From NCBI GenBank assembly GCA_964016885.1, contig OZ024752.1, positions 22,258,001-22,322,000 on the forward strand: a stretch of 64,000 bases of DNA, written 5' to 3'. Position 1 is the first letter of the stretch. Each line of letters begins with the position of its first letter. Origin of the DNA: Eledone cirrhosa. Its lineage: Eukaryota. Shown piece by piece: positions 25,618-40,600 of the stretch. Below the pieces are notes generated by a model, which saw nothing but the letters and a program-made list of their open reading frames with translations, was not told where the DNA came from and did no database searches. Both the position numbers and the translations under genes were made by a program.

Positions 25618-28600
25618 GAGGACACTAAACCTGTTAGAAACAGCAGCTAACTCTCCCCCATATCACACCACTCCCTACTGTCAAAAATTTAGAAAACATA
25701 TCCTCTATGAGGTCACTAAAACTGCTAGAAACAGCAGCTAACTCTCCCCCATATCACAGCACTCCCTACTGTCTTAAATTTGTAAAACATATCCTCTATG
25801 AGGTCACTAAACCTGCTAGAAACAGCAGCTAACTCTCCCCCATATCACACCACTACCTACTGTCATACACCTTCTAGAAACAGAAGCTAACTCTCCCCCA
25901 TATCACACCCCTTCCTACTGTCTTAAATTTAGAAAACATATCCTCTATGAGGTCACTAAACCTGCTAGAAACAGCAGCTAACTCTCCCCCTTATCACAGC
26001 ATTCCCTACTGTCTTAAATTTAGAAAAGATATCCTCTATGAGGTCACTAAACCTGCTAGAAACACCAGCTAACTCTCCCCCATATCACACGACTCCCTAC
26101 TGTCTCAAACCTGCTAGAAACAGAAGCTAACTTTCCCCCATCACACACCTCTCCCGACTGTCTTAAATTTAGAAAACACATCCTCTATGAGGGCACTAAA
26201 CCTGCTAGAAACAGCAGCTAACTCTCCCCCATACATACCCCTCCCGACTGTCTTAAATTTAGAACACATATCCTCTATGAGGTCACTAAACCTGCTAGAA
26301 ACAGCAGCTAACTCTCCCCCATACATACCCCTCCCGACTGTCTTAAATTTAGAACACATATCCTCTATGAGGTCACTAAACCTGCTAGAAACAGCAGCTA
26401 ACTCTCCCCCATATCACACCACTCCCTACTGTCTTAAACCTGCTAGAAACAGCAGCTAACTCTCCCCCATATCACACTCCTCGCTACTGTCTTAAATTTA
26501 GAAAACATATCCTCTATGAGGTCACTAAACCTGCTAGAAACACCAGCTAACTCTCCCCCATATCACACCACACCCTACTGTCTTAAATTTAGAAAAGATA
26601 TCCTCTATGAGGTAACTAAACCTGCTAGAAACAGCAGCTAACTCTCCTCCATATCACACCACTCCCTACTATATTAAATTTAGAAAAGATATCCTCTATG
26701 AGGTCACTAAAACTGCTAGAAACAGCAGCTAACTCTCCCCCATATCACACCCCTCCCTACTGTCTTAAATTTAGAAAACATATCCTCTATGAGGTCACTA
26801 AACCTGCTAGAAATAGCATCTATCTCTCCCCCATATCAAACCCCTCCCTACTGTCTTAAACCTGCTAGAAACAGCAGCTAACTCTCCCCCATATCATACC
26901 TCTTGCTACTGTCTTAAATTTAGAAAACACATCCTCTATGAGGTCACTAAACCTGCTAGAAACAGCAGCAAACTCTCCCCCATATCACACCACTCCCCAC
27001 TGTCTTAAATTTAGAAAACATATCCCCTATGAGGTAACTAAACCTGCTAGAAACAGCAGCTAGAAACAACAGCTAACTCTCCCCCATATCACACCCCTCC
27101 CTACTGTCTTAAATTTAGAAAACATATCCTCTATGAGGTCACTAAACCTGCTAGAAACAGCAGCTAACTCTCCCCCATATCACACCACACCCTACTGTCT
27201 TAAACCTGCTAGAAACAGCAGCTAACTCTCCCCCATATCACACCACACCCTACTGTCTTAAATTTAGAAAACATCCTCTATGAGGTCACTAAACCTGCTA
27301 GAAACAGCAGCTAACTCTCCCCCATATCACACCACTAACAAATGTCTTAAATTTAGAAAACATATCCTCTATGAGGTAACAAAACCTGCTAGAAACAGCA
27401 GCTAACTCTCCCCCATATCATACCACACCCTACTGTCTTAAACCTGCTAGAAACAGCAGCTAACTCTCCCCCACATCACACTCCTCCCTACTGTCTTAAA
27501 TTTAGAAAACACATCCTCTATGAGGTCACTAAACCTGCTAGAAACAGCAGCTAACTCTCCCCCATATCACACCACACCCTTCTGTCTTAAATTTAGAAAA
27601 CATCCTCTATGAGGTCACTAAACCTGCTAGAAACAGCAGCTAACTCTCCCCCATATCACACCACACCCTACTGTCTTAAATTTTGAAAACATATCCCCTA
27701 TGAGGTTACTAAACCTGCTATAAACAGCAGCTAACTCTCCCCCATATCACAGCACACCCTACTGTCTTAAATTTAGAAAACATATCCTCTATGAGGTCAC
27801 CAAACCTGCTAGAAACAGAAGCTAACTCTCCAACATAACACACCCCTCCTTACTGTCTTAAATTTAGAAAACACATCCTCTATGAGGTCACTAAACCTGC
27901 TAGAAACAGCAGCTAACTCTCCCCCATAACACACCACACCCTACTGTCTAAAATTTAGAAAACATCCTCTATGAGGTCACTAAACCTGCTAGAAACAGCA
28001 GCTAACTCTCACCCATATCACACCTCTCCCTACTGTCTTAAACCTGCTATAAACAGCAGCTAACTCTCCCCCATATCACAACACACCCTACTGTCTTAAA
28101 TTTAGAAAACATATCCTCTATGAGGTCACTAAACCTGCTAGAAACAGCAGCTAACTCTCCCCCATATCACACCACTCCCCACTGTCTTAAATTTAGAAAA
28201 CATATCCCCTATGAGGTAATTAAACCTGCTAGAAACAGCAGCTAGAAATAACAGCTAACTCACCCCCATATCACACCCCTCCCTACTGTCTTAAATTTAG
28301 AAAACATATCCTCTATGAGTTCACTAAACCTGCTATAAACAGCAGCTAACTCTCCCCCATATCACACCACACCCTACTGTCTTAAATTTAGAAAACATCC
28401 TCTATGAGGTCACTAAACCTGCTAGAAACAGCAGCTAACTCTCCCCCATATCATACCACTCCCTACTGTCTAAAATTTAGAAAACATAACCTCTATGAGG
28501 TCACTAAACCTGCTAGAAACAGCAGCTAACTCTCACCCGTATCACACCTCTCCCTACTGTCTTAAACCTGCTATAAACAGCAGCTAACTCTCCCCCATAT

Positions 28601-31600
28601 CACAACACACCCTACTGTCTTAAATTTAGAAAACATATCCTCTATGAGGTCACTAAACCTGCTAGAAACAGCAGCTAACTCTCCCCCATATCACACCACT
28701 CCCTACTGTCTTAAACCTGATATAAACAGCAGCTAACTCTCCCCCGTATCACACCCCTCCCTACTGTCTTAAATTTAGAAAACACATCCTCTATGAGGTC
28801 ACTAAACCTGCTAGAAACAGCAGCTAACTCTCCCCCATAACACACTACACCCTACTGTCTTAAATTTAGAAAACATCCCTTACGAGGTCACTAAACCTGC
28901 TAGAAACAGCAGCTAACTCTCACCCGTATCACACCACTCCCAACTGTCTTAAATTTAGAAAACATATCCTCTATGAGGTCACTAAACCTGCTAGAAACAG
29001 CAGCTAACTCTCCCCCATATCACACCACACCCTACTGTCTTAAATTTAGAAAACATCCTCTATGAGGTCACTAAACCTGCTAGAAACAGCAGCTAACTCT
29101 CCCCCATATCACACCACTACCTACTGTCTTAAACCTGCTAGAAACAGAAGCTAACTCTCTCCCATATCATACCTCTTGCTACTGTCTTAAATTTAGAAAA
29201 CACATCCTCTATGAGGTCACTAAACCTGCTAGAAACAGCAGCTAACTCTCCCCCATATCACACCCCTCCCTACTGTCTTAAATTTAGAAAACATATCCTC
29301 TATGAGGTAACTAAACCTGCTAGAAACAGCAGCTAACTCTCCCCCATATCACACCACTCCCCACTGTCTTAAATTTAGAAAACATATCCCCTATGAGGTA
29401 ATTAAACCTGCTAGAAACAGCAGCTAGAAATAACAGCTAACTCACCCCCATATCACACCCCTCCCTACTGTCTTAAATTTAGAAAACATATCCTCTATGA
29501 GTTGACTAAACCTGCTATAAACAGCAGCTAACTCTCCCCCATATCACACCACACCCTACTGTCTTAAATTTAGAAAACATCCTCTATGAGTTCACTAAAC
29601 CTGCTATAAACAGCAGCTAACTCTCCCCCATATCACACCACACCCTACTGTCTTAAATTTAGAAAACATCCTCTATGAGGTCACTAAACCTGCTAGAAAC
29701 AGCAGCTAACTCTCCCCCATATCACACCACTCCCTACTGTCTTAAACCTGATATAAACAGCAGCTAACTCTCCCCCGTATCACACCCCTCCCTACTGTCT
29801 TAAATTTAGAAAACACATCCTCTATGAGGTCACTAAACCTGCTAGAAACAGCAGCTAACTCTCCCCCATAACACACTACACCCTACTGTCTTAAATTTAG
29901 AAAACATCCCTTATGAGGTCACTAAACCTGCTAGAAACAGCAGCTAACTCTCACCCATATCACACCACTCCCAACTGTCTTAAATTTAGAAAACATATCC
30001 TCTATGAGGTCACTAAACCTGCTAGAAACAGCAGCTAACTCTCCCCCATATCACACCACACCCTACTGTCTTAAATTTAGAAAACATCCTCTACGAGGTC
30101 ACTAAACCTGCTAGAAACAGCAGCTAACTCTCCCCCATATCACACCACTACCTACTGTCTTAAACCTGCTAGAAACAGAAGCTAACTCTCTCCCATATCA
30201 TACCTCTTGCTACTGTCTTAAATTTAGAAAACATATCCTCTATGAGGTAACTAAACCTGCTAGAAACAGCAGCTAACTCTCCCCCATATCACACCACTCC
30301 CCACTGTCTTAAATTTAGAAAACATATCCCCTATGAGGTAATTAAACCTGCTAGAAACAGCAGCTAGAAATAACAGCTAACTCACCCCCATATCACACCA
30401 CACCCTACTGTCTTAAATTTAGAAAACATCCTCTATGAGGTCACTAAACCTGCTATAAACAGCAGCTAACTCTCCCCCATATCACACCACACCCTACTGT
30501 CTTAAATTTAGAAAACATCCTCTATGAGTTCACTAAACCTGCTATAAACAGCAGCTAACTCTCCCCCATATCACACCACACCCTACTGTCTTAAATTTAG
30601 AAAACATCCTCTATGAGGTCACTAAACCTGCTAGAAACAGCAGCTAACTCTCTCCCATATCACACCACTAACAACTGTCTTAAATTTAGAAAACATATCC
30701 TCTATGAGTTCACTAAACCTGCTATAAACAGCAGCTAACTCTCCCCCATATCACACCACACCCTACTGTCTTAAACCTGCTAGAAACAGCAGCTAACTCT
30801 CCCCCATATCACACCACACCTTACTGTCTTAAATTTAGAAAACATAACCTCTATGAGGTCACTAAACCTGCTAGAAACAGCAGCTAACTCTCCCCCATAT
30901 CATACCACTCCCTACTGTCTAAAATTTAGAAAACATAACCTCTATGAGGTCACTAAACCTGCTAGAAACAGCAGCTAACTCTCACCCATATCACACCTCT
31001 CCCTACTGTCTTAAACCTGCTATAAACAGCAGCTAACTCTCCCCCATATCACAACACACCCTACTGTCTTAAATTTAGAAAACATATCCTCTATGAGGTC
31101 ACTAAACCTGCTAGAAACAGCAGCTAACTCTCCCCCATATCACACCCCTCCCTACTGTCTTAAATTTAGAAAACATATCCTCTATGAGGTCACTAAACCT
31201 GCTAGAAACAGCAGCTAACTCTCCCCCATATCACACCCCTCCCTACTGTCTTAAATTTAGAAAACATATCCTCTATGAGGTCACTAAACCTGCTAGAAAC
31301 AGCAGTTAACTCTCCCCCATATCACACCACACACTACTGTCTTAAATTTAGAAAACACATCCTCTATGAGGTCACTAAACCTGCTAGAAACAGCAGCTAA
31401 CTCTCCCCCATATCACACCACACCCTACTGTCTTAAATTTAGAAAACATATCTTCTATGATGTCACTAAACCTGCTAGAAACAGCAGCTAGAAACAACAG
31501 CTAACTCACCCCCATATCACACCCCTCTCTACTGTCTTAAATTTAGAAAACATATCCTCTATGAGGTCACTAAACCTGCTAGAAACAGCAGCTAACTCTC

Positions 31601-34600
31601 CCCCATATCACACCACACCCTACTGTCTCAAATTTAGAAAACATCCTCTATGAGGTCACTAAACCTGCTAGAAACAGCAGCTAACTCTCTCCCATATCAC
31701 ACCACTAACAACTGTCTTAAATTTAGAAAACATATCATCTATGAGGTAACTAAACCTGCTAGAAACAGCAGCTAACTCTCCCCCATAACACACTCCTCCC
31801 CACTGACTTAAATTTAGAAAACACATCCTCTATGAGGACACTAAACCTGCTAGAAACAGCAGCTAACTCTCCCCCATATCACACCCCTCCCTACTGTCTT
31901 AAATTTAGAAAACATCCTCTATGAGGTCACTACACCTGCTAGAAACAGCAGCTAACTCTCACCCATATCACACCACTCACTACTGTCTTAAACCTGCTAT
32001 AAACAGCAGCTAACTCTCCCCCATATCACACCACACCCTACTGTCTTAAATTTATAAAATATATCCTCTATGAGGTCACTAAACCTGCTAGAAACAGCAG
32101 TTAACTCTGCCCCATACCACACCACACCCTACTGTCTTAAATTTAGAAAACATATCTTCTATGATGTCACTAAACCTGCTAGAAACAGCAGCTAACTCTC
32201 CCCCATATCACACCACACCCTACTGTCTTAAATTTTGAAAACATATCCTCTATGAGGTTACTAAAACTGGTATAAACAGCAGCTAACTATCCCCCATATC
32301 ACAGTACACCCTACTGTCTTAAACTTAGAAAACATCCTCTATGAGGTCACTAAACCTGCTAGAAACAGCAGCTAACTCTCCCCCATATCACACCACACCC
32401 TACTGTCTTAAATTTAGAAAACATCCTCTATGAGGTCACTAAACCTGCTGGAAACAGCAGCTAACTCTCCCCCATATCACACCACACCCTACTGTCTTAA
32501 ACCTGCTAGAAACAGCAGCTAACTCTCCCCCATATCACACCACTACCTACTGTCTTAAACCTGCTAGAAACAGAAGCTAACTCTCTCCCATATCATACCT
32601 CTTGCTACTGTCTTAAATTTAGAAAACACATCCTCTATGAGGTCACTAAACCTGCTAGAAACAGCAGCTAACTCTCCCCCATATCACACCCCTCCCTACT
32701 GTCTTAAATTTAGAAAACATATCCTCTATGAGGTAACTAAACCTGCTAGAAACAGCAGCTAACTCTCCCCCATATCACACCACTCCCCACTGTCTTAAAT
32801 TTAGAAAACATATCCCCTATGAGGTAATTAAACCTGCTAGAAACAGCAGCTAGAAATAACAGCTAACTCACCCCCATATCACACCCCTCCCTACTGTCTT
32901 AAATTTAGAAAACATATCCTCTATGAGTTCACTAAACCTGCTATAAACAGCAGCTAACTCTCCCCCATATCACACCACACCCTACTGTCTTAAATTTAGA
33001 AAACATCCTCTATGAGTTCACTAAACCTGCTATAAACAGCAGCTAACTCTCACCCATATCACACCACACCCTACTGTCTTAAATTTAGAAAACATCCTCT
33101 ATGAGGTCACTAAACCTGCTAGAAACAGCAGCTAACTCTCCCCCATATCACACCACTCCCTACTGTCTTAAACCTGATATAAACAGCAGCTAACTCTCCC
33201 CCATATCACACCACTCCCTACTGTCTTAAACCTGATATAAACAGCAGCTAACTCTGCCCCGTTTCACACCCCTCCCTACTGTCTTAAATTTAGAAAACAC
33301 ATCCTCTATGAGGTCACTAAACCTGCTAGAAACAGCAGCTAACTCTCCCCCATAACACACTACACCCTACTGTCTTAAATTTAGAAAACATCCCTTATGA
33401 GGTCACTAAACCTGCTAGAAACAGCAGCTAACTCTCACCCATATCACACCACTCCCAACTGTCTTAAATTTAGAAAACATATCCTCTATGAGGTCACTAA
33501 ACCTGCTAGAAACAGCAGCTAACTCTCCCCCATATCACACCACACCCTACTGTCTTAAATTTAGAAAACATCCTCTATGAGGTCACTAAACCTGCTAGAA
33601 ACAGCAGCTAACTCTCCCCCATATCACACCACTACCTACTGTCTTAAACCTGCTAGAAACAGAAGCTAACTCTCTCCCATATCATACCTCTTGCTACTGT
33701 CTTAAATTTAGAAAACATATCCTCTAGAAACAGCAGCTAACTCTCCCCCATATCACACCACTCCCCACTGTCTTAAATTTAGAAAACATATCCCCTATGA
33801 GGTAATTAAACCTGCTAGAAACAGCAGCTAGAAATAACAGCTAACTCACCCCCATATCACACCACACCCTACTGTCTTAAATTTAGAAAACATCCTCTAT
33901 GAGGTCACTAAACCTGCTATAAACAGCAGCTAACTCTCCCCCATATCACACCACACCCTATTGTCTTAAATTTAGAAAACATCCTCTATGAGTTCACTTA
34001 ACCTGCTATAAACAGCAGCTAACTCTCCCCCATATCACACCACACCCTACTGTCTTAAATTTAGAAAACATCCTCTATGAGGTCACTAAACCTGCTAGAA
34101 ACAGCAGCTAACTCTCTCCCATATCACACCACTAACAACTGTCTTAAATTTAGAAAACGTATCCTCTATGAGTTCACTAAACCTGCTATAAACAGCAGCT
34201 AACTCTCCCCCATATCACACCACACCCTACTGTCTTAAACCTGCTAGAAACAGCAGCTAACTCTCCCCCATATCACACCACACCTTACTGTCTTAAATTT
34301 AGAAAACATCCTCTATGAGGTCACTAAACCTGCTAGAAACAGCAGCTAACTCTCCCCCATATCATACCACTCCCTACTGTCTAAAATTTAGAAAACATAA
34401 CCTCTATGAGGTCACTAAACCTGCTAGAAACAGCAGCTAACTCTCACCCATATCACACCTCTCCCTACTGTCTTAAACCTGCTATAAACAGCAGCTAACT
34501 CTCCCCCATATCACAACACACCCTACTGTCTTAAATTTAGAAAACATATCCTCTATGAGGTCACTAAACCTGCTAGAAACAGCAGCTAACTCTCCCCCAT

Positions 34601-37600
34601 ATCACACCCCTCCCTACTGTCTTAAATTTAGAAAACATATCCTCTATGAGGTCACTAAACCTGCTAGAAACAGCAGCTAACTCTCCCCCATATCACACCC
34701 CTCCCTACTGTCTTAAATTTAGAAAACATATCCTCTATGAGGTCACTAAACCTGCTAGAAACAGCAGTTAACTCTCCCCCATATCACACCACACACTACT
34801 GTCTTAAATTTAGAAAACACATCCTCTATGAGGTCACTAAACCTGCTAGAAACAGCAGCTAACTCTCCCCCATATCACACCCCTCCCTACTGTCTTAAAT
34901 TTAGAAAACATATCTTCTATGATGTCACTAAACCTGCTAGAAACAGCAGCTAGAAACAACAGCTAACTCACCCCCATATCACACCCCTCTCTACTGTCTT
35001 AAATTTAGAAAACATATCCTCTATGAGGTCACTAAACCTGCTAGAAACAGCAGCTAACTCTCCCCCATATCACACCACACCCTACTATCTCAAATTTAGA
35101 AAACATCCTCTATGAGGTCACTAAACCTGCTAGAAACAGCAGCTAACTCTCTCCCATATCACACCACTAACAACTGTCTTAAATTTAGAAAACATATCAT
35201 CTATGAGGTAACTAAACCTGCTAGAAACAGCAGCTAACTCTCCCCCATAACACACTCCTCCCCACTGACTTAAATTTAGAAAACACATCCTCTATGAGGA
35301 CACTAAACCTGCTAGAAACAGCAGCTAACTCTCCGCCATATCACACCCCTCCCTACTGTCTTAAATTTAGAAAACATCCTCTATGAGGTCACTAAACCTG
35401 CTAGAAACAGCAGCTAACTCTCACCCATATCACACCACTCACTACTGTCTTAAATTTATAAAATATATCCTCTATGAGGTCACTAAACCTGCTAGAAACA
35501 GCAGTTAACTCTGCCCCATACCACACCACACCCTACTGTCTTAAATTTAGAAAACCTATCTTCTATGATGTCACTAAACCTGCTAGAAACAGCAGCTAAC
35601 TCTCCCCCATATCACACCACTACCTACTGTCTTAAACCTGCTAGAAACAGAAGCTAACTCTCTCCCATATCATACCTCTTGCTACTGTCTTAAATTTAGA
35701 AAACATATCCTCTATGAGGTAACTAAACCTTCTAGAAACAGCAGCTAACTCTCCCCCATATCACACCACTCCCCACTGTCTTAAATTTAGAAAACATATC
35801 CCCTATGAGGTAATTAAACCTGCTAGAAACAGCAGCTAGAAATAACAGCTAACTCACCCCCATATCACACCACACCCTACTGTCTTAAATTTAGAAAACA
35901 TCCTCTATGAGGTCACTAAACCTGCTATAAACAGCAGCTAACTCTCCCCCATATCACACCACACCCTATTGTCTTAAATTTAGAAAACATCCTCTATGAG
36001 TTCACTTAACCTGCTATAAACAGCAGCTAACTCTCCCCCATATCACACCACACCCTACTGTCTTAAATTTAGAAAACATCCTCTATGAGGTCACTAAACC
36101 TGCTAGAAACAGCAGCTAACTCTCTCCCATATCACACCACTAACAACTGTCTTAAATTTAGAAAACGTATCCTCTATGAGTTCACTAAACCTGCTATAAA
36201 CAGCAGCTAACTCTCCCCCATATCACACCACACCCTACTGTCTTAAACCTGCTAGAAACAGCAGCTAACTCTCCCCCATATCACACCACACCTTACTGTC
36301 TTAAATTTAGAAAACATCCTCTATGAGGTCACTAAACCTGCTAGAAACAGCAGCTAACTCTCCCCCATATCATACCACTCCCTACTGTCTAAAATTTAGA
36401 AAACATAACCTCTATGAGGTCACTAAACCTGCTAGAAACAGCAGCTAACTCTCACCCATATCACACCTCTCCCTACTGTCTTAAACCTGCTATAAACAGC
36501 AGCTAACTCTCCCCCATATCACAACACACCCTACTGTCTTAAATTTAGAAAACATATCCTCTATGAGGTCACTAAACCTGCTAGAAACAGCAGCTAACTC
36601 TCCCCCATATCACACCCCTCCCTACTGTCTTAAATTTAGAAAACATATCCTCTATGAGGTCACTAAACCTGCTAGAAACAGCAGCTAACTCTCCCCCATA
36701 TCACACCCCTCCCTACTGTCTTAAATTTAGAAAACATATCCTCTATGAGGTCACTAAACCTGCTAGAAACAGCAGTTAACTCTCCCCCATATCACACCAC
36801 ACACTACTGTCTTAAATTTAGAAAACACATCCTCTATGAGGTCACTAAACCTGCTAGAAACAGCAGCTAACTCTCCCCCATATCACACCCCTCCCTACTG
36901 TCTTAAATTTAGAAAACATATCTTCTATGATGTCACTAAACCTGCTAGAAACAGCAGCTAGAAACAACAGCTAACTCACCCCCATATCACACCCCTCTCT
37001 ACTGTCTTAAATTTAGAAAACATATCCTCTATGAGGTCACTAAACCTGCTAGAAACAGCAGCTAACTCTCCCCCATATCACACCACACCCTACTATCTCA
37101 AATTTAGAAAACATCCTCTATGAGGTCACTAAACCTGCTAGAAACAGCAGCTAACTCTCTCCCATATCACACCACTAACAACTGTCTTAAATTTAGAAAA
37201 CATATCATCTATGAGGTAACTAAACCTGCTAGAAACAGCAGCTAACTCTCCCCCATAACACACTCCTCCCCACTGACTTAAATTTAGAAAACACATCCTC
37301 TATGAGGACACTAAACCTGCTAGAAACAGCAGCTAACTCTCCGCCATATCACACCCCTCCCTACTGTCTTAAATTTAGAAAACATCCTCTATGAGGTCAC
37401 TAAACCTGCTAGAAACAGCAGCTAACTCTCACCCATATCACACCACTCACTACTGTCTTAAATTTATAAAATATATCCTCTATGAGGTCACTAAACCTGC
37501 TAGAAACAGCAGTTAACTCTGCCCCATACCACACCACACCCTACTGTCTTAAATTTAGAAAACCTATCTTCTATGATGTCACTAAACCTGCTAGAAACAG

Positions 37601-40600
37601 CAGCTAACTCTCCCCCATATCACACCACACCCTACTGTCTTAAATTTAGAAAACTTATCTTCTATGAGGTCAACAAACCTGCTAGAAACAGAAGCTAACT
37701 CTCCACCATAACACACCCCTCCTTACTGTCTTAAATTTAGAAAACATATCCTCTATGAGGTCACTAAACCTGCTAGAAACAGCAGCTAATTCTCCCCCAT
37801 AAGACAACACTCCCTACTGTCTTAAATTTTGAAAACATATCCTCTATGAGGTTACTAAAACTGGTATAAACAGCAGCTAACTATCCCCCATATCACAGTA
37901 CACCCTACTGTCTTAAACTTAGAAAACATCCTCTATGAGGTCACTAAACCTGCTAGAAACAGCAGCTAACTCTCCCCCATATCACACCACACCCTACTGT
38001 CTTAAATTTAGAAAACATCCTCTATGAGGTCACTAAACCTGCTGGAAACAGCAGCTAACTCTCCCCCATATCACACCACACCCTACTGTCTTAAACCTGC
38101 TAGAAACAGCAGCTAACTCTCCCCCATATCACACCACACCCTACTGTCTTAAATTTAGAAAACATCCTCTATGAGGTCACTAAACCTGCTAGAAACAGCA
38201 GCTAACTCTCCCCCATATCATACCACTCCCCACTGTCTTAAATTTAGAAAACATATCCCCTATGAGGTAATTAAACCTGCTAGAAACAGCAGCTAGAAAT
38301 AACAGCTAACTCACCCCCATATCACACCACACCCTACTGTCTTAAATTTAGAAAACATATCCTCTATGAGTTCACTAAACCTGTTATAAACAGCAGCTAA
38401 CTCTCCCCCATATCACACCACACCCTACTGTCTTAAATTTAGAAAACATCCTCTATGAGTTCACTAAACCTGCTATAAACAGCAGCTAACTCTCCCCCAT
38501 ATCACACCACACCCTACTGTCTTAAATTTAGAAAACATCCTCTATGAGGTCACTAAATCTGCTAGAAACAGCAGCTAACTCTCCCCCATATCACACCACA
38601 CCCTACTGTCTTAAATTTAGAAAACATATCCCTTATAAGGTCACTAAACCTGCTAGCAACAGCAGCTAACTCTCCTCCATATCACACCACTTCCTACTGT
38701 CTTAAACCTGCTAGAAACAGAAGCTAACTCTCCCCCATTCACACCCCTCCCTACTGTCTTAAATTTAGAAAACATATCTTCTATGAGGTCACTAAACCTG
38801 CTAGATACAGAAGCTAACTCTCCCCCATGTCACACTCCTCCCAACTGTCTTAAATTTAGAAAACATATCCTCTATGAGGTGACTAAAGCTGCTAGAAACA
38901 GCAGCTAACTCTTCCCCATATCACACCTTTCCCTACTGTCTTAAACCTGCTATAAACAGCAGCTAACTCTCCCCCATATCACAACACACCCTACTGTCTT
39001 AAATTTAGAAAACATATCCTCTATGAGTTCACTAAACCTGCTAGAAACAGCAGCTAACTCTCCCCCATATCACACCCCTCCCTACTGTCTTAAATTTAGA
39101 AAACATATCCTCTATGAGGTCACTAAACCTGCTAGAAACAGCAGCTAACTCTCCCCCATATCACACCCCTCCCTACTGTCTTAAATTTAGAAAACATATC
39201 CTCTATGAGGTCACTAAACCTGCTAGAAACAGCAGTTAACTCTCCCCCATATCACACCACACACTACTGTCTTAAATTTAGAAAACACATCCTCTATGAG
39301 GTCACTAAACCTGCTAGAAACAGCAGCTAACTCTCCCCCATATCACACCACACCCTACTGTCAAAAATTTAGAAAACATATCTTCTATGATGTCACTAAA
39401 CCTGCTAGAAACAGCAGCTAGAAACAACAGCTAACTCACCCCCATATCACACCCCTCTCTACTGTCTTAAATTTAGAAAACATATCCTCTATGAGGTCAC
39501 TAAACCTGCTAGAAACAGCAGCTAACTCTCCCCCATATCACACCACACCCTACTGTCTCAAATTTAGAAAACAATCTCTATGAGGTCACTAAACCTGCTA
39601 GAAACAGCAGCTAACTCTCTCCCATATCACACCACTAACAACTGTCTTAAATTTAGAAAACATATCATCTATGAGGTAATTAAACCTGCTAGAAACAGCA
39701 GCTAACTCTCCCCCATAACACACTCCTCCCCACTGACTTAAATTTAGAAAACACATCCTCTATGAGGACACTAAACCTGCTAGAAACAGCAGCTAACTCT
39801 CCCCCATATCACACCCCTCCCTACTGTCTTAAATTTAGAAAACATCCTCTATGAGGTCACTAAACCTGCTAGAAACAGCAGCTAACTCTCACCCATATCA
39901 CACCACTCACTACTGTCTTAAACCTGCTATAAACAGCAGCTAACTCTCCCCCATATCACACCACACCCTACTGTCTTAAATTTATAAAATATATCCTCTA
40001 TGAGGTCACTAAACCTGCTAGAAACAGCAGTTAACTCTGCCCCATACCACACCACACCCTACTGTCTTAAATTTAGAAAACATATCTTCTATGATGTCAC
40101 TAAAGCTGCTAGAAACAGCAGCTAACTCTCCCCCATATCACACCACACCCTACTGTCTTAAATTTAGAAAACTTATCTTCTATGAGGTCAACAAACCTGC
40201 TAGAAACAGAAGCTAACTCTCCACCATAACACACCCCTCCTTACTGTCTTAAATTTAGAAAACATATCCTCTATGAGGTCACTAAACCTGCTAGAAACAG
40301 CAGCTAATTCTCCCCCATAAGACAACACTCCCTACTGTCTTAAATTTTGAAAACATATCCTCTATGAGGTTACTAAAACTGGTATAAACAGCAGCTAACT
40401 CTCCCCCATATCACAGTACACCCTACTGTCTTAAACTTAGAAAACATCCTCTATGAGGTCACTAAACCTGCTAGAAACAGAAGCTAACTCTCCCCCATAT
40501 CACACCACACCCTACTGTCTTAAATTTAGAAAACATCCTCTATGAGGTCACTAAACCTGCTAGAAACAGCAGCCAACTCTCCCCCATATCACACCATACC